Source of the DNA: Octopus vulgaris
Lineage: Eukaryota
Direction: 5' to 3'
Length of the DNA stretch: 64,000 bases
Assembly (NCBI GenBank): GCA_951406725.2
Contig: OX597814.1
Span: 123,938,001 to 124,002,000, forward strand
Shown here one piece after another: positions 27,962-39,582 of the stretch (position 1 is its first letter; each line of letters opens with the position of its first letter). The translations under genes were made by a program, and so were the position numbers. Under the pieces are notes generated by a model. It had not been told where the DNA came from. It saw nothing but the letters and a program-made list of their open reading frames with translations, and made no database searches.

Positions 27962-28824
27962 CAGCTATCTTGGTTGAAGGAACAATTCTGAAGGTAGTAG
28001 ACAAGTTTGTCTACTTGGGCAGCACACTCAGCCATTCTTGCTCCCTGAATGAGGAAATATCTTTCAGGTTGCAGAGAGCAACAAATTCCTTCTGGTCTCT
28101 TCAGTCTCGTGTCTGGTCCCAACATGGCATTGCAAGCAGAACAAAAGTTGCTGTGTACCGTGCTTGTGTACTGACATTACTTCTCTACTCATGTGAGACA
28201 TGGACTCTGTACAAACGTCAGGTAAGGGTCCCTGAACGTTTTCATCAGAGATGTCTCAGACACATTCTCAATGTTGGCTGGACCTTCAAAAATTCCAGAC
28301 ACACAGAACCTGAGGACAGCTGATATCTTGAGTATTGAGGCGATGGTACACAAGCACCGGTTGCGTTGGACTGGACACCTTATTAGAATGGAGGATAGAA
28401 GGATTCCTAAGCAGATGCTCTATGGAGAACTTGCGAATGGAAGGAGACTCTGGCAGAAACCAAGGCTGCGATTTAAGGACTGTGTTAAGTCCTCGTTAAA
28501 GGCCTTTGATATGCAGGACACTGACTGGGAGAACAATGTCTGTCATCGCCACAGATGGAGGAAGCAGGCTAAGGAGGGGATCGACACTTTTGAGAAAGCA
28601 CGTATCCAGCATGAAAAACTTAGGCGAGCTGCGCGAAAGCGCACGGCTCGTATAGTGAATGGGGAAAGCTTGGTCTGCAATGTTTGCAGTCATGTATGCT
28701 TGTCAAGAGCAGTGCTCATTAGCCACCAACGGAGCCGCAAATGCAAAATATAAGTTAGTCCTAGAGCGCGCAATGTTCCTGAAGGTCGGCAATGGTCTTC
28801 CTCGGTCACGAGTGGACGGCCATC
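27962..28824 (+). mobile_element. 5'-truncated RTE-clade LINE with 12-bp TSD and C-terminal C2H2 finger
   Basis: VDKFVYLGSTLS..EEISFRLQRA...TKVAVYRACVLTLLLYSCETWTLY..ERFHQRCLRHIL / RLRWTGHLIRMEDRRIPKQMLYGEL..GRR..KPRLRFKD / CNVCSHVCLSRAVLISHQRS; one frameshift near 28285; ATGGCAATGAAC at 27950-27961 and 28825-28836. Confidence 0.92.
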
Positions 28825-29166
28825 ATGGCAATGAACACACAAAAAAGACATTGTAAGAAGAAGCTTTAAGACATTTACCAGTTAACACTTTAAAAGAAAG
28901 GAAAGAGTTTTGATGTTTCAGACAGTAGTCCTGCATCAGACAAAAATAGAGAGAGAGATGGTGGTTGAAAAGATGAAAAGAATGAGAAAAGGTATATGAT
29001 AAAATGAAGAAGAGTCAGATAAATCTGCAGTTCTCTGGGGGTGAGTAAGGAAAGGAGGAGGAAGAGGGGAGGTGCGTAGAAGTTTAGGAAAGTTAAAATT
29101 TTTTTATATGCCACAAAAGCAGTATTAGTTTAAAGCAGCCATATACATATTATTTATTTTCATTTA

Positions 29167-29668
29167 CCATAAATCCTCAAGTATAGTCCACCCTTGAGTA
29201 TAATACGCAGGGGATTTTTAGGGGGCTGTACCTCTGAAAAACCAAAACCTTGTGTATAATATGCACCCCTTCTCTAACGTGAGTCAAGGAGGTCTATATA
29301 ACGTCCTTGGTTTGTAAAAATGCATACGGTAACGTCCTTTATTATTATTATATATATAACATAATGCAAACGTGTAGCTTTTGTTTGCAGAAAATAAAGA
29401 AATAACAGTAATAACGTTTAATAAATGTTGCTTACTGCAAGTTATGGATGATTCTTTTATGACTTCATTGCTTTCAGGCTTAGCATCAGGTATTTTTGTG
29501 CCCAACATCACAAAATGCATCAGAATAAACATTGCCAGACAGCAAATAGAGACTCGGACAGTGCTTAAAAAATATTTTTCATTTTTAACCTTGTATATAG
29601 TACGCACTAGGGATTTTGACCTTTAAATTTTGGGAAAAAATATGCAGATTATACTCGAGGATTTGCGG
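29167..29668. mobile_element. Non-autonomous Tc1/mariner-pogo-type TIR element
   Basis: TA|CCATAAATCCTCAAGTATA ... TATACTCGAGGATTTGCGG|TA imperfect TIRs with TA TSD. Confidence 0.7.
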
Positions 29669-30490
29669 TAGTCAGATGGATATTTTTAACTCCGCTGTTT
29701 GTTTACTTAGCATTTCACAACATATCAGTGGTGACAAATTTCATTTAAGCATACTGGCTGTGAGTACACACTATTGACAGTACCCAATGAAACAGAAATG
29801 TGTCTAGCATTCTCACTTGCCACAGCTGGGACAATTTTTCATCTCCCTCCGATACATACTGTGTTTTTAAAAAACAGTGCATCCATAAGAGATGTTATCT
29901 CTGTGTGAATACCATAGTAAATTTGACTAAGTACGATATATAAATGAATATATATATATATATATATGCGCTTCTTTCAGTTTCCATCTACCTCCCTTGC
30001 TCTCTCCCTCTGACTAGGTAACCATATATCTCCTCTACAGCAGGACACCTATTTCTATCCGTTTGTCACACTCTAGCCTCTCATCACCTGACACAAGGCC
30101 ACCTCCTCCCATGCCCCCATCCCTCAAAAGATCTTTGTTTTGCAAGTTACTTGGTGCTGGTGTCACGTAAAAATCATCCAATCCACACTGTAAAGTGGTT
30201 GGTGTTTGGAAGGGCAGTTGTAAGCATATGGCTAAGTTCCTATTGACAAATTGGAAAATACCATCCTCTCTGGATTGAACAACTCTACCACAGACTCTAA
30301 GTCACTATCTTTTCAGCCTTATATTTTACGGTCAAAGGGAAAATAACACTAATCCCCACTTTTGCTTTGTACTGGGTTATTTTTCCCCATTTTCTTATTT
30401 TTTAACCTTATACCTTTTATATCTATTTCTTTCCCACCTTTTCTTGCTTTTTCTCTCATCCTATTTTTAGTTTGCTATGCCATGTGGGTA

Positions 30491-30574
30491 GTACCTGAAG
30501 ATTGCACTGAGAAACCAGACATGTTAAAAAATACTGTCTGGTATGCTTTCATCACATGAAACTAATAGTAGCAC
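30491..30574 (+). ncRNA. Type I hammerhead motif with long stem II (sister copy 27717-27800, GAAA mutated)
   Basis: GTAC-CTGAAGA-...CCAGACA..TGTCTGG...-GAAA-CTAATAG-TA-GCAC; stems I and II imperfect. Confidence 0.5.
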
Positions 30575-30729
30575 ATAAAAGCATATATTCTGTTGACTAA
30601 ATAATATATATATATATATTCTCTCTTTATTTTCTCTCTTTGTTTCTTTCTGTGTTCCTTTCTGTGGAAGAGCGTAGGCTTGTAACGTTAAAGACTTTTT
30701 CACTTCCTGAACATTAAACTAATACATCT

Positions 30730-30941
30730 GTTTGGGTGTTAAAACACCTGAAAGTCATGGAAAGTGAGATAACTCATCTTTAACCCCATCCAAGAGGGAT
30801 GGACATTGATGTTTCACCATTTTTGTGGTTTATCAACATCAACATCAAAAATGGTGTAACACCAACATCCATTGCTCCTGGATGGGATTAGAGGTGACTT
30901 ATTTTGCCAGTCCATGACTTCCAGGTGTTTTAACACCCAAC
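30730..30941. repeat. Fold-back (MITE-like) inverted repeat
   Basis: GTTTGGGTGTTAAAACACCTG.AAGTCATGGA ... TCCATGACTT.CAGGTGTTTTAACACCCAAAC; imperfect pairing continues to the centre. Confidence 0.8.
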
Positions 30942-31204
30942 ATTTTCTTTTAGGGAATATTCCCCTCCATGTGAGACTGGAGCCTACTGGCAAATACACG
31001 GAAATTATGATTTAAGTATGTGTGGTCGGTAATGCTTGTTCTTAAATATAAAGGAAACCATGACCTAATGAAAGACCTCCATGCTGTTTGAAAAAAGTTA
31101 TCAAATACAACAAATATATATCTATTTCCCTCCTTTGGGTCTACCTCAATCACATAAACAAACAGACAATAATAATAATAAAAATAATGATAACGATGAT
31201 GATA

Positions 31205-31242
<38 letters not shown>

Positions 31243-32884
31243 AAATACTAATACTACTAATAATACTAACACTACTACTGCTAGTAATAATACAGCTGCA
31301 CAGATCTGTTCCATTAAGATCTCTATCATGTCAAATTCCAGAACAACATGCCGTCAGCTTTGCCAATCGTCCAAGCTCTACTTTGGTTTCTTTTAAAGTG
31401 TGATGGCAGCAAGTTGCAGAGGGGAAAGATAATTTTCATGATTAAAGAGAATTAAAACAAGTGTAAGAGAGGATAAGCTGTCAACTATTGGTATTATGTG
31501 ATAAACTGTTTTAGTTTCGGTTATCTATTGACAGCATCAGTGATGTCATTATAAAGAAAAGAAGAAACAAGCTCTTCTTGTTTTTATATTTTTAATTTTT
31601 TACTTTTATGTTTTTATCTCTTAATCTTGTCACAGTTTACGAATTATGTTTCATTATCTGGCACCATTTTGCACCAATATTTCACTTCTAACAACAAGAT
31701 ATTTTCCGACACTGGCAACACACATTTCTCGTCTCGTTTTTATTATTTGTCTTGGAAACTGAAGAAGTCAAGCTTTGTGTTATAATGGAGTGACTTTTTC
31801 TCGTTTTGGAAATGAATTTGTCATGTATCATTGTGGTATTCTTGCCAAGATCTCATGTTGCTTGAACCACCCCTACTGCATGAGCACACACACACACACA
31901 CACACGCACACACACACACACACACAAGCACACATACACACATAAGCACACAAACATTGACATACATGCTTGCATAAACTTAAGCACACCTCAAGACAAA
32001 CATGCATGCACATTCATTAATACACACAAACACACTCAGATAGATACATACACATACATCACCATAACTTAATACATGCATACGTCCCCCATAACAAATA
32101 CACACACACACACATTTTCTTGCTGTTGTCTTCATTGTCATTTCCATGCCAAGATGAGATCATGTATGTGGTTACTTCCTCCACCTCCTCCCCATCCCTC
32201 CTCCTCCTCCTCCTCATCATCATCATTTAATGTCTGTTTTCTACGTTGGCATGATTTGGACAGTTTGACTGGAGTAGGTAAGCTAAAGGACTGCACCAGG
32301 CCCCAAGTTGTCTGTTTTGTCATGGTTTCTACAGCTGGGTGTGCCCTTCCTAACACCAAGCACTTTACAGAGTGTACCAGGTCCTTTTTTACATCGTGCC
32401 ACATGAATGCTTTTTATATGGCACTGGCATGAGTGTTCTTTACATGGTGCCAGTATGGGTGCTTTTTTATGTGGTACTGGCATAAATGCTTTTTACGTGG
32501 TACTGGCATGTGTGCTTTTTATGTGGTACCAGCATGGGTGCTTTTTACTTACTAAAAATAACAGTCAAATCTCTCACAAATCATATCCAATTATCTCAAA
32601 AAAAATGAAACACTGTGTGTAATGTAGTGCTAAGTCTGAAAGATATATGGTCATGGTTGGAACCTCTTTAACCCTAGGTCTGCTCAATCAAGGTCAGCCT
32701 GGAGGTGAACAATAGTATCAACCACAAACTACCAGTTGTGATAATTTTCCTATTCTTTAGGTTCCATCGAGGGCTTTGTATTGGAACATGATAATATTTT
32801 GGCCAATACTTTTGAACAAAGAGCGTTTCAATTATCTCCTGACAAAACAGAATTCTTCAGCCTTTCTTTCTATATGTAATTGTC

Positions 32885-33130
32885 ATCATGTATCAGACAC
32901 CTGCAGCACATTGATGGCACTATAATGAAGGTCTTTCTGATTAAGCACGAGTTCTTCATCTGCCTTGCTACTTTTGTCTAACCAACTCAGGATATTGTCC
33001 ATCCTTTGCATTATATGCCTGCCTCTTGATCTACTATCCTCTATTCTTCCTTCCATGATAATACTTTCCAGACCTCTGCTTCTTTGAATATGGCCATATC
33101 CCATCCCTGAGAAAGGCAATTTCTCTAGTC
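32885..33130 (-). mobile_element. RTE LINE C-terminal relic
   Basis: YGHIQRSRGLESIIMEGRIEDSRSRGR..RMDNI, like the RTE motif GHi.R..lek.i..G.i.G.R.RGR..rw.D.i. Confidence 0.7.
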
Positions 33131-35062
33131 ATAACGTGCTCTAATCAATGTCTGCCCTATTGCTCCCACATCATCAGACATCTGTGAAGAAATGGAAATT
33201 ATTGTAAGTGATAACCTTCAATACTATATGGAATTTCTCTCTCTCCCTCTCTCTCTCCCTCTCTCTCTCTCTTCTGTCTCAGTCAACATCAGAATGGCTT
33301 CTGCAAAGCCACATTCACTGGAAAGTTTTTCCTGTAGAAGATAGACATTAATAAATAGTTGTTCGCAACTGAAGCAGCATTAATGCCAAAAGACAATATT
33401 TACCCCATTTAATAGGTGGGGGTGGTGGTGCTCCGAAAGGAGTCTCAGAGAGTAGTGTCCCTGCCTTCCTGAGCTAGTTTTCCACTACATTTCTTAAAAA
33501 TCGTGGTAGAGGCCTTGGTCTTGGGACCACTCATGTTAAGAAACTGAGGTTGGGGGTAAGCAAGGGCATTCCCCACCATAGTAAATCCAGCTCCATAAAG
33601 GCCTCATGATAGCAAGGGAGAATGAGCACCAGCCAGCCTGCCCAAAGGTTAAGGTGGGATGCACCTGCCTGCCTCAGCTGCTATGGCATTGAGGTAGATC
33701 TGGCCACCCCTGTTAATGGGGACAAAACATGGATTTAAAACACTGGATGATGATGATGATGAGGATGATGATGATTTAAATGTGGATATGTTAACACACA
33801 GAACACTGTGGTAGTTACCATGAGAGAAACACTCATTTTGGCTTTTGGTGCATGGCAACAGTGGGCGATTTATCACCCCACTAGTGATGTAAACAAGAGT
33901 GCTTATATGCACCAAAAGCCAATATGAGAGTGTCCTTCATAATAAATACTGCAGTGCTCTGTGGTCTGACACAACATCCACCTTTGAGTGAGAATAGGTA
34001 CTACCTACAGGACATCAGTGTTTAGCTTTTAATAGCCTTAAACAAAATCAAGTTATTATCATGTTCCTTATCTTAATTAAGCAGATAGGCACAGTAGTGG
34101 CTGTGTGGTAAGTAGCTTGCTTGCCAGCCACATGGTTCCAGGTTCAGTCCCACTGTGTGGCACCTTAGGCAAGTGTCTTCTACTATAGCCTCGGGCCGAC
34201 CAAAGTCTTGTGAGTGGATTTGGTAGACTGAAAATGAAAAAAGTCCATCGTATATATGTATGTGTGTGTGTATGTTTGTGCGTCTGTGTTTGTCCCCACC
34301 AACATCGCTTGACAACCGATGCTGGTGTGTTTACATCCCCGTAACTTAGCAGTTCGGCAAAAGAGAATTACAAAGAATAAGTCCTGGGGTTGATTTGCTT
34401 GACTAAAGGCGGTACTCCAGCATGGCCGCAGTCAGATGACTGAAACAAGTAAAAGAGTAAAAGAGTAATCAAAAGTATTCCAGCCATGACAGCCCCATCT
34501 TTTATTTAGACATTGTTTATTCAATGTTGTATTAACTAGTCTGGCTTTTATTTTCTAAGGTGATATGGTCTCATTTGAGGAAAATTGGTTTCTATTTCTT
34601 GCAGGATGATTGACCATGGAAGGGCCTCACCTCTTTGTTGGCTCATGCTAAACAAGTCTTTTGTCATTGATGTAACCAAAGTCTTTGACATGTTTGGCAA
34701 TGTAATCTGATAAATTTGTCCATATATAGAATCTATCTGTCACTAAATGATTATATTAATACAGAAAACATTTTACAACACCAAGTCTATCTTGCATTAG
34801 ATAACTATCAATATATCTAAGATGATGTGCTTATAAAACACAACCACACACAGCTGCACACAAACACAGCCGCACACACAGTCACATGCACACACCCAGA
34901 CACAAACACGCACACAACCACACACACACAGGTATAAATGTTCAAACGTTCTAAATCATATCCATATCTTTCTGATAAGTAAAGTCTTCACACACCAATG
35001 ATCAACAATCATTGGTTATGGTTACTAACACTTTGCAGTCATTAATTCCTGCTATGTCTTTT

Positions 35063-35113
<51 letters not shown>

Positions 35114-35238
35114 TTTCTGCTGCTGCTGCTACTGCTGCTGGTGCCACCGCCGCTGCCACTACCACCACCACCGCCGCCACCATGACCACGACGACGACCA
35201 CCACCACCACTGCCGCCACTGCCACCACTACCATTACT

Positions 35239-35309
<71 letters not shown>

Positions 35310-35586
35310 TACAGGTTCTGCTTTGATGAACTCACTGATAAGTTTGCCCTTCTATCTAAACCATACCATGTGCCAATCTTTTCATGCCCATCCCATCATA
35401 CCTTTTACTTTTTCATAGTTGTATTTTGTATTTTACTGGAATTTTTTTGTCTGCCCAAGCTTTGGCTAATGTTTCTTCTTAGATGAACATAAATAAATTC
35501 ATTCAAAACGACTGACTTCTAACAATTTGTCACAACATCATGTTGTAGCCACCCTTAAATGTCACCTATTTGTTTTCTGTCCACAG

Positions 35587-35703
35587 AGAGGTCACAAATA
35601 TTCTAACAGAAGAGTTACATGTAAATGTCTACCAACAGACCAGTAGTTCAAATCTTGAAGTTTTTGCTAAACAGCCTTTGGAAAAAAGCTTGAATTTTAA
35701 GAG
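35587..35703 (+). CDS. Exon of BAIAP3/Munc13-4-like protein, C2A (phase 2-2); absent from the ORF track
   Basis: Acceptor tttgttttctgtccacag|, donor |gtttga; 117 nt; EVTNILTEELHVNVYQQTSSSNLEVFAKQPLEKSLNFK resembles EIEDVSTDQLHLDIWDHD; phase fits both neighbours. Confidence 0.8.
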
Positions 35704-35755
35704 GTTTGATTGTTTAATAGTGTTTATCTGATTAATTAAATAATTTTATTAATTA

Positions 35756-36771
35756 TCAGGTCATTAAGAATGAAATGTCTGATTTTCTTATGCATCAAGT
35801 TTAACAGTTGTTAACTCTAATGTTTTATCCTGACAATTCTTTGTTTTACAACGTTGAAGAATTACATCATCACTTTTCGAAATGCAATTCATGGTGTCTG
35901 ATTATATCGTGAGTTTTCTCTTGTAAATCAATTTTTGTGAACCCATGGATAAATATAAAAATTCATGTTGTTTATGAATATGAGTTCCCCCATGGAACCG
36001 ATGCATCCCAGACAGCTTGAAACATCAATGAGGTGTTTGGTGAAGATGTGGAAAATGAGCACACTGTACATCGATGGTTTGGAAAGTTCCGATCTGGTGA
36101 CTTTGGTCTTGAAAATCAGGCCTGTAGTAGACCTGAGACCAAGATGGATAATGATGAGCTGGAAACTGTAGTGGAAGTGGATACAAACTATGCATTAGTT
36201 AGCAATAGGGTTTGATGTTTCGATTCCAACTGTATTTGACCTCCTGAAACAAATCAGCAAGGTAAAGAAGCTGGACAAGTGGGTACCACATGAACTGAAT
36301 GAACATCAAATAACACGTCATCTTGAAACTTGCTGTTCAATAGAGACAAGCCAATTCTCTTGCAAGGCAATGCTCGACAACATGTTATACAAAGAATGCT
36401 ACTCAAGTTACAGGAACTGAACTTGGAAGAACTCTGCCATTCACCATATTCACCAGACCTTGCACCAACTGACTAGTACATTTTCCAGGCTTTAGACAAC
36501 TTTTTGCAAGGTAAAAAATTCAAATCTGAAGAAGATGCCAAGATAGCCTTTTGTGATTTCCTCACCTCTTGCTCTCCAGAATTCTTCACTGCCAACATAA
36601 ATAAGCTACCAATAAAATGGCAAAATTGTGTTGATAACTTAGGTGCATATTTTGATTAACTGCATTGCTTTTTCTTGAGAGTAAAATAAACTTTCAGTTC
36701 AAAAGCTTTTTCTTGAAAGTAAAATCGAATATTTCAGTTCAAAATCAAACATTTCATTCTTAATGACCTGA
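35756..36771 (+). mobile_element. Internally deleted mariner transposon with intact TIRs
   Basis: TA|TCAGGTCATTAAGAATGAAATG ... CATTTCATTCTTAATGACCTGA|TA; INEVFGEDV..TVHRWFGKFRSGDFGLEN..SRP, KKLDKWVPHELNE, HSPYSPDLAPTD.YIFQALDNFLQGKKF. Confidence 0.92.
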
Positions 36772-37080
36772 TAGTTAATTAAAGTTGCTTCACTATTTAA
36801 TGCAGTGTTTTAGTAGAGCTAATCTTTTAGGTAGTAAAAACTTATACTGGTGATTGGTTTAATGCAACCATCTGATCTTTAGGTACTTTTAGTGGAGTTC
36901 ATAATGTTTGCAAGAACTTAGACCAAGTTTTGAGTTTGAGAATAATATTTTTTTCTCTTTCTCAAATGAGTCATAGATATCACCAAAAAAGAAGAAAAAA
37001 GAAGCAAAAATAAAAACACAAATAAAGGTTAGAATAAAGGTTACAATTCTATATTTCTTAGATGAGGAATTTATATAATG

Positions 37081-37503
37081 TATTCTGTTTATATTAGACT
37101 GATTTACTCTTTGTGATTGCTGATTTTACTACATTTCAGCTTTTGTACGTTCTAGCCTTCTTCAGGTGTCTTGTGTTGAATTCGATTGTTGTATCAGAGG
37201 ATAGTAGATAAAGATGTTAGTTAATGCAGTTCAGTCACCTAGAGGTTTTGAGTTCAATCCTATGCAACACACTAAGGTAATTCACACAAAATCAACTGAA
37301 GGAAAAAAAAATGTCATGAAATAGAGAGCATAATGAAAACAGTATACATCTGTGGATCAAATAAAGGTTTAGGTTTGAAATTCTGATAGGAAAGCTGAGT
37401 TCAACATTAGACACCTGAAGAAAGCTGGGGCATACAACAGTTGAAACGGAGTGAAAGCAACAACCAAGATGACGACACCAGCCTGACTAATATAAGCAGT
37501 ATA
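37081..37503. mobile_element. Old inverted pair of hammerhead-bearing Penelope-like fragments
   Basis: 37081-37183 (-) and 37397-37503 (+) share GACAC-CTGAAGA-A(G/A)GCT..(A)G(C/T)T-GAAA and the tail GACTAATATAA.CAG. Confidence 0.6.
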
Positions 37504-37520
37504 CATAAAGGGTCAATAGT

Positions 37521-37836
37521 ACATTATTTACATTATTTACATTTGATGGATATTTGTCCACATTTTGTTTGTTGTTAACACAACATTTCGGCTGATATAC
37601 CCTCCAGCCTTCATCAGGTGTCTTGGGGAAATTTTGAACTTGGGTTCTCATTCCTAAGGTATTTTTCGATGTTATTATTATTATTATTCAGGTCACCACC
37701 TGGAATTGAACTCGGAATCTTGGGGTTAGTAGCCTGAGCTCTTAACCACTACGCCATATGCCTGTGGGCATATGGCACAGTGGTTAAGAGTGTGGGCTAC
37801 TAACTCCAAGATTCTGAGTTCGATTCCAGGCAGTGA

Positions 37837-37896
<60 letters not shown>

Positions 37897-38107
37897 CAAC
37901 AACAACAATAACAATAATAATAAACACACGCACCAATGGTTATGAAGCTCAGGGCTAAAAGCGGAGGGTGACGGTTTCATATTAGCTGCTAAGACCAGCT
38001 AAGATGAAACTTGTTAACAACAAACAAGATGAGGACAAATATCCATCAATTGTAAATAATGTAAATAATGTACATAATTCCTCATCTCTTAAATATAGAA
38101 CTGTATT
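37521..38107. mobile_element. Head-to-head pair of tRNA-headed, hammerhead-containing short retroelements with a 12-bp TSD
   Basis: AGGGTCAATAGT at 37509-37520 and 38108-38119; symmetry centre near 37764; each arm has A box, B box, (TAA)n and the tail AACAACAAACAA.ATG.GGAC..(TGTAAATAA)n. Confidence 0.85.
37577..37622 (-). ncRNA. Minimal type I hammerhead ribozyme motif
   Basis: Minus strand GACAC-CTGATGA-A-GGCTG-gagggtatat-CAGCC-GAAA-TG-T-T-GTGTT: stem I GACAC/GTGTT, perfect 5-bp stem II, minimal stem III (ACGT in sister copies). Confidence 0.75.
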
Positions 38108-38423
38108 AGGGTCAATAGTCTCATCCTTTCTTCTGACTAAATGATTACAAAAAAAAAAAACCAAAATAAATACCTAACCCTCTCTCAAATCACATGTCAT
38201 GTGTCACAACTGTATAATCTTGTCATCTTTCAAATCATAAGCTTATCATTAGATAATACTCCTAACAGCTTTTTGTAGAATTTAGCAGATGAGAGACAGC
38301 CTTCTCCTGATGAACTGAACTCAACTAAACATGCTAATGAAATATTTGTTCACTCTTTTGATACTGGATGGCCTGAAACTATCCTTGATCTCTTGGTCAT
38401 GTGATATAAACTTCCTGTTTTAA

Positions 38424-38897
38424 CCCTTTCGTTACTGTATTTATTTTGGGATGCTCTTGTTTCTTTCAATTAATTTAAAATATAACAAAGAATTTAGTAA
38501 AATAACTTAGTTATCAGTAAGCTAGTATTAGGAACATAATTATGACTAAGGTTTGGTGGAAGATTTTAATTCAAAACTTATGAAAACAAAACATGTGTAC
38601 TACAGAGCCAGAAGTGGTTTCAGCCAGGTTGGCATCAAAAGGGTTAAAAATTGTTTCTCTATTATATATTTGAACTCTTTTGTTACCATATTTCTTTTGA
38701 GATGCCCTATGTTTCTTTCAATTAATTTTAAATATAACAAAGAATTTAGTAAAATAACTTAGCTATCATTAAGCTAGTGTTAGGAACATAAATTGTGACT
38801 AAGGTTTGGTGGAATATTTTAATTCAAAACTTATGAAAAACCGAACATTTGTACTACAGAGCCAGAGGCTGTTTCAGCCAGGTTGGTAACGAAAGGG
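38424..38897. mobile_element. Two tandem copies of a piggyBac-like MITE (38424-38643, 38675-38897)
   Basis: TTAA|CCCTTTCGTTAC ... AAAAGGG|TTAA termini on the first copy; the second copy is near-identical internally. Confidence 0.75.
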
Positions 38898-39506
38898 TTC
38901 AAGTGATTGAAGTTAAAACTTTAATTTTCTATTATTGTGTCTCATTGTATAGTGTTTGCAGTGTGTTGTGTTGTATGTTGTGGTTATATTCTGTGCTCTA
39001 TGTGTATGAGTTAGGTTTTGCAGCAACACTTTTTTCTGCAAAATAGGGGTAGCTTATCCTATTCAGGCTATATTATTAGCATTATGCTGTGTTTGGTGGA
39101 GGTACGTGGCTTAGTGGTGAGGGTGTCAGCATCATGATTGTAAGATTGTGGTTTCGATTCCTGGACCGGGTGCCGCATTGTGTTCTTGAGCAAAACACTT
39201 CATTTCATGTTGCTCCAGTCCACTCAGCTGGCAAAAATGGGTAACGCTGCGATGGACTGGCGTCCCGTTCAGCTGGGGAACACATGCGCCATTGAAATCA
39301 GAAACTGGGCTCATGAGCCTGGCTAGGCTTTAAAAGGGTGCATTTATTTTTACTATACTGCGTTTGAGAATTTAAAATCACTTCTTTAACTTTCTAAGAC
39401 ATCTCAACGCTTCTAAAGCAAACTTTGTTTGTTTGTTTACGTTCATCGTAATTTGAATTTAAATTATTAATATTGAGTAACACAGTCAAACGCCTTCTAT
39501 TTGCAG

Positions 39507-39582
39507 TATATTCAGTTTGTCTCGCCAGAATGACTCAGGGAAAGGACTCGAAAATTTAGGGGCAGCCATTATACCATTAAAG
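39507..39582 (+). CDS. Exon of BAIAP3/Munc13-4-like protein, C2A (phase 2-0)
   Basis: Acceptor cttctatttgcag|, donor AAG|gtaagt; (S)IFSLSRQNDSGKGLENLGAAIIPLK resembles YFKQIVKSAR...DDFLGCLNIPVR. Confidence 0.85.

Noticed and set aside
33178-33210. Candidate exon ending in a good gtaagt donor
   Set aside because: Stop codon in the required phase, adjacent to an antisense RTE relic, and the C2A model is complete without it.
37768-37840. tRNA gene with apparent ACT anticodon
   Set aside because: The acceptor stem does not close and there is no poly-T terminator; it is the head of a repeated element. The same applies to the other SINE heads.
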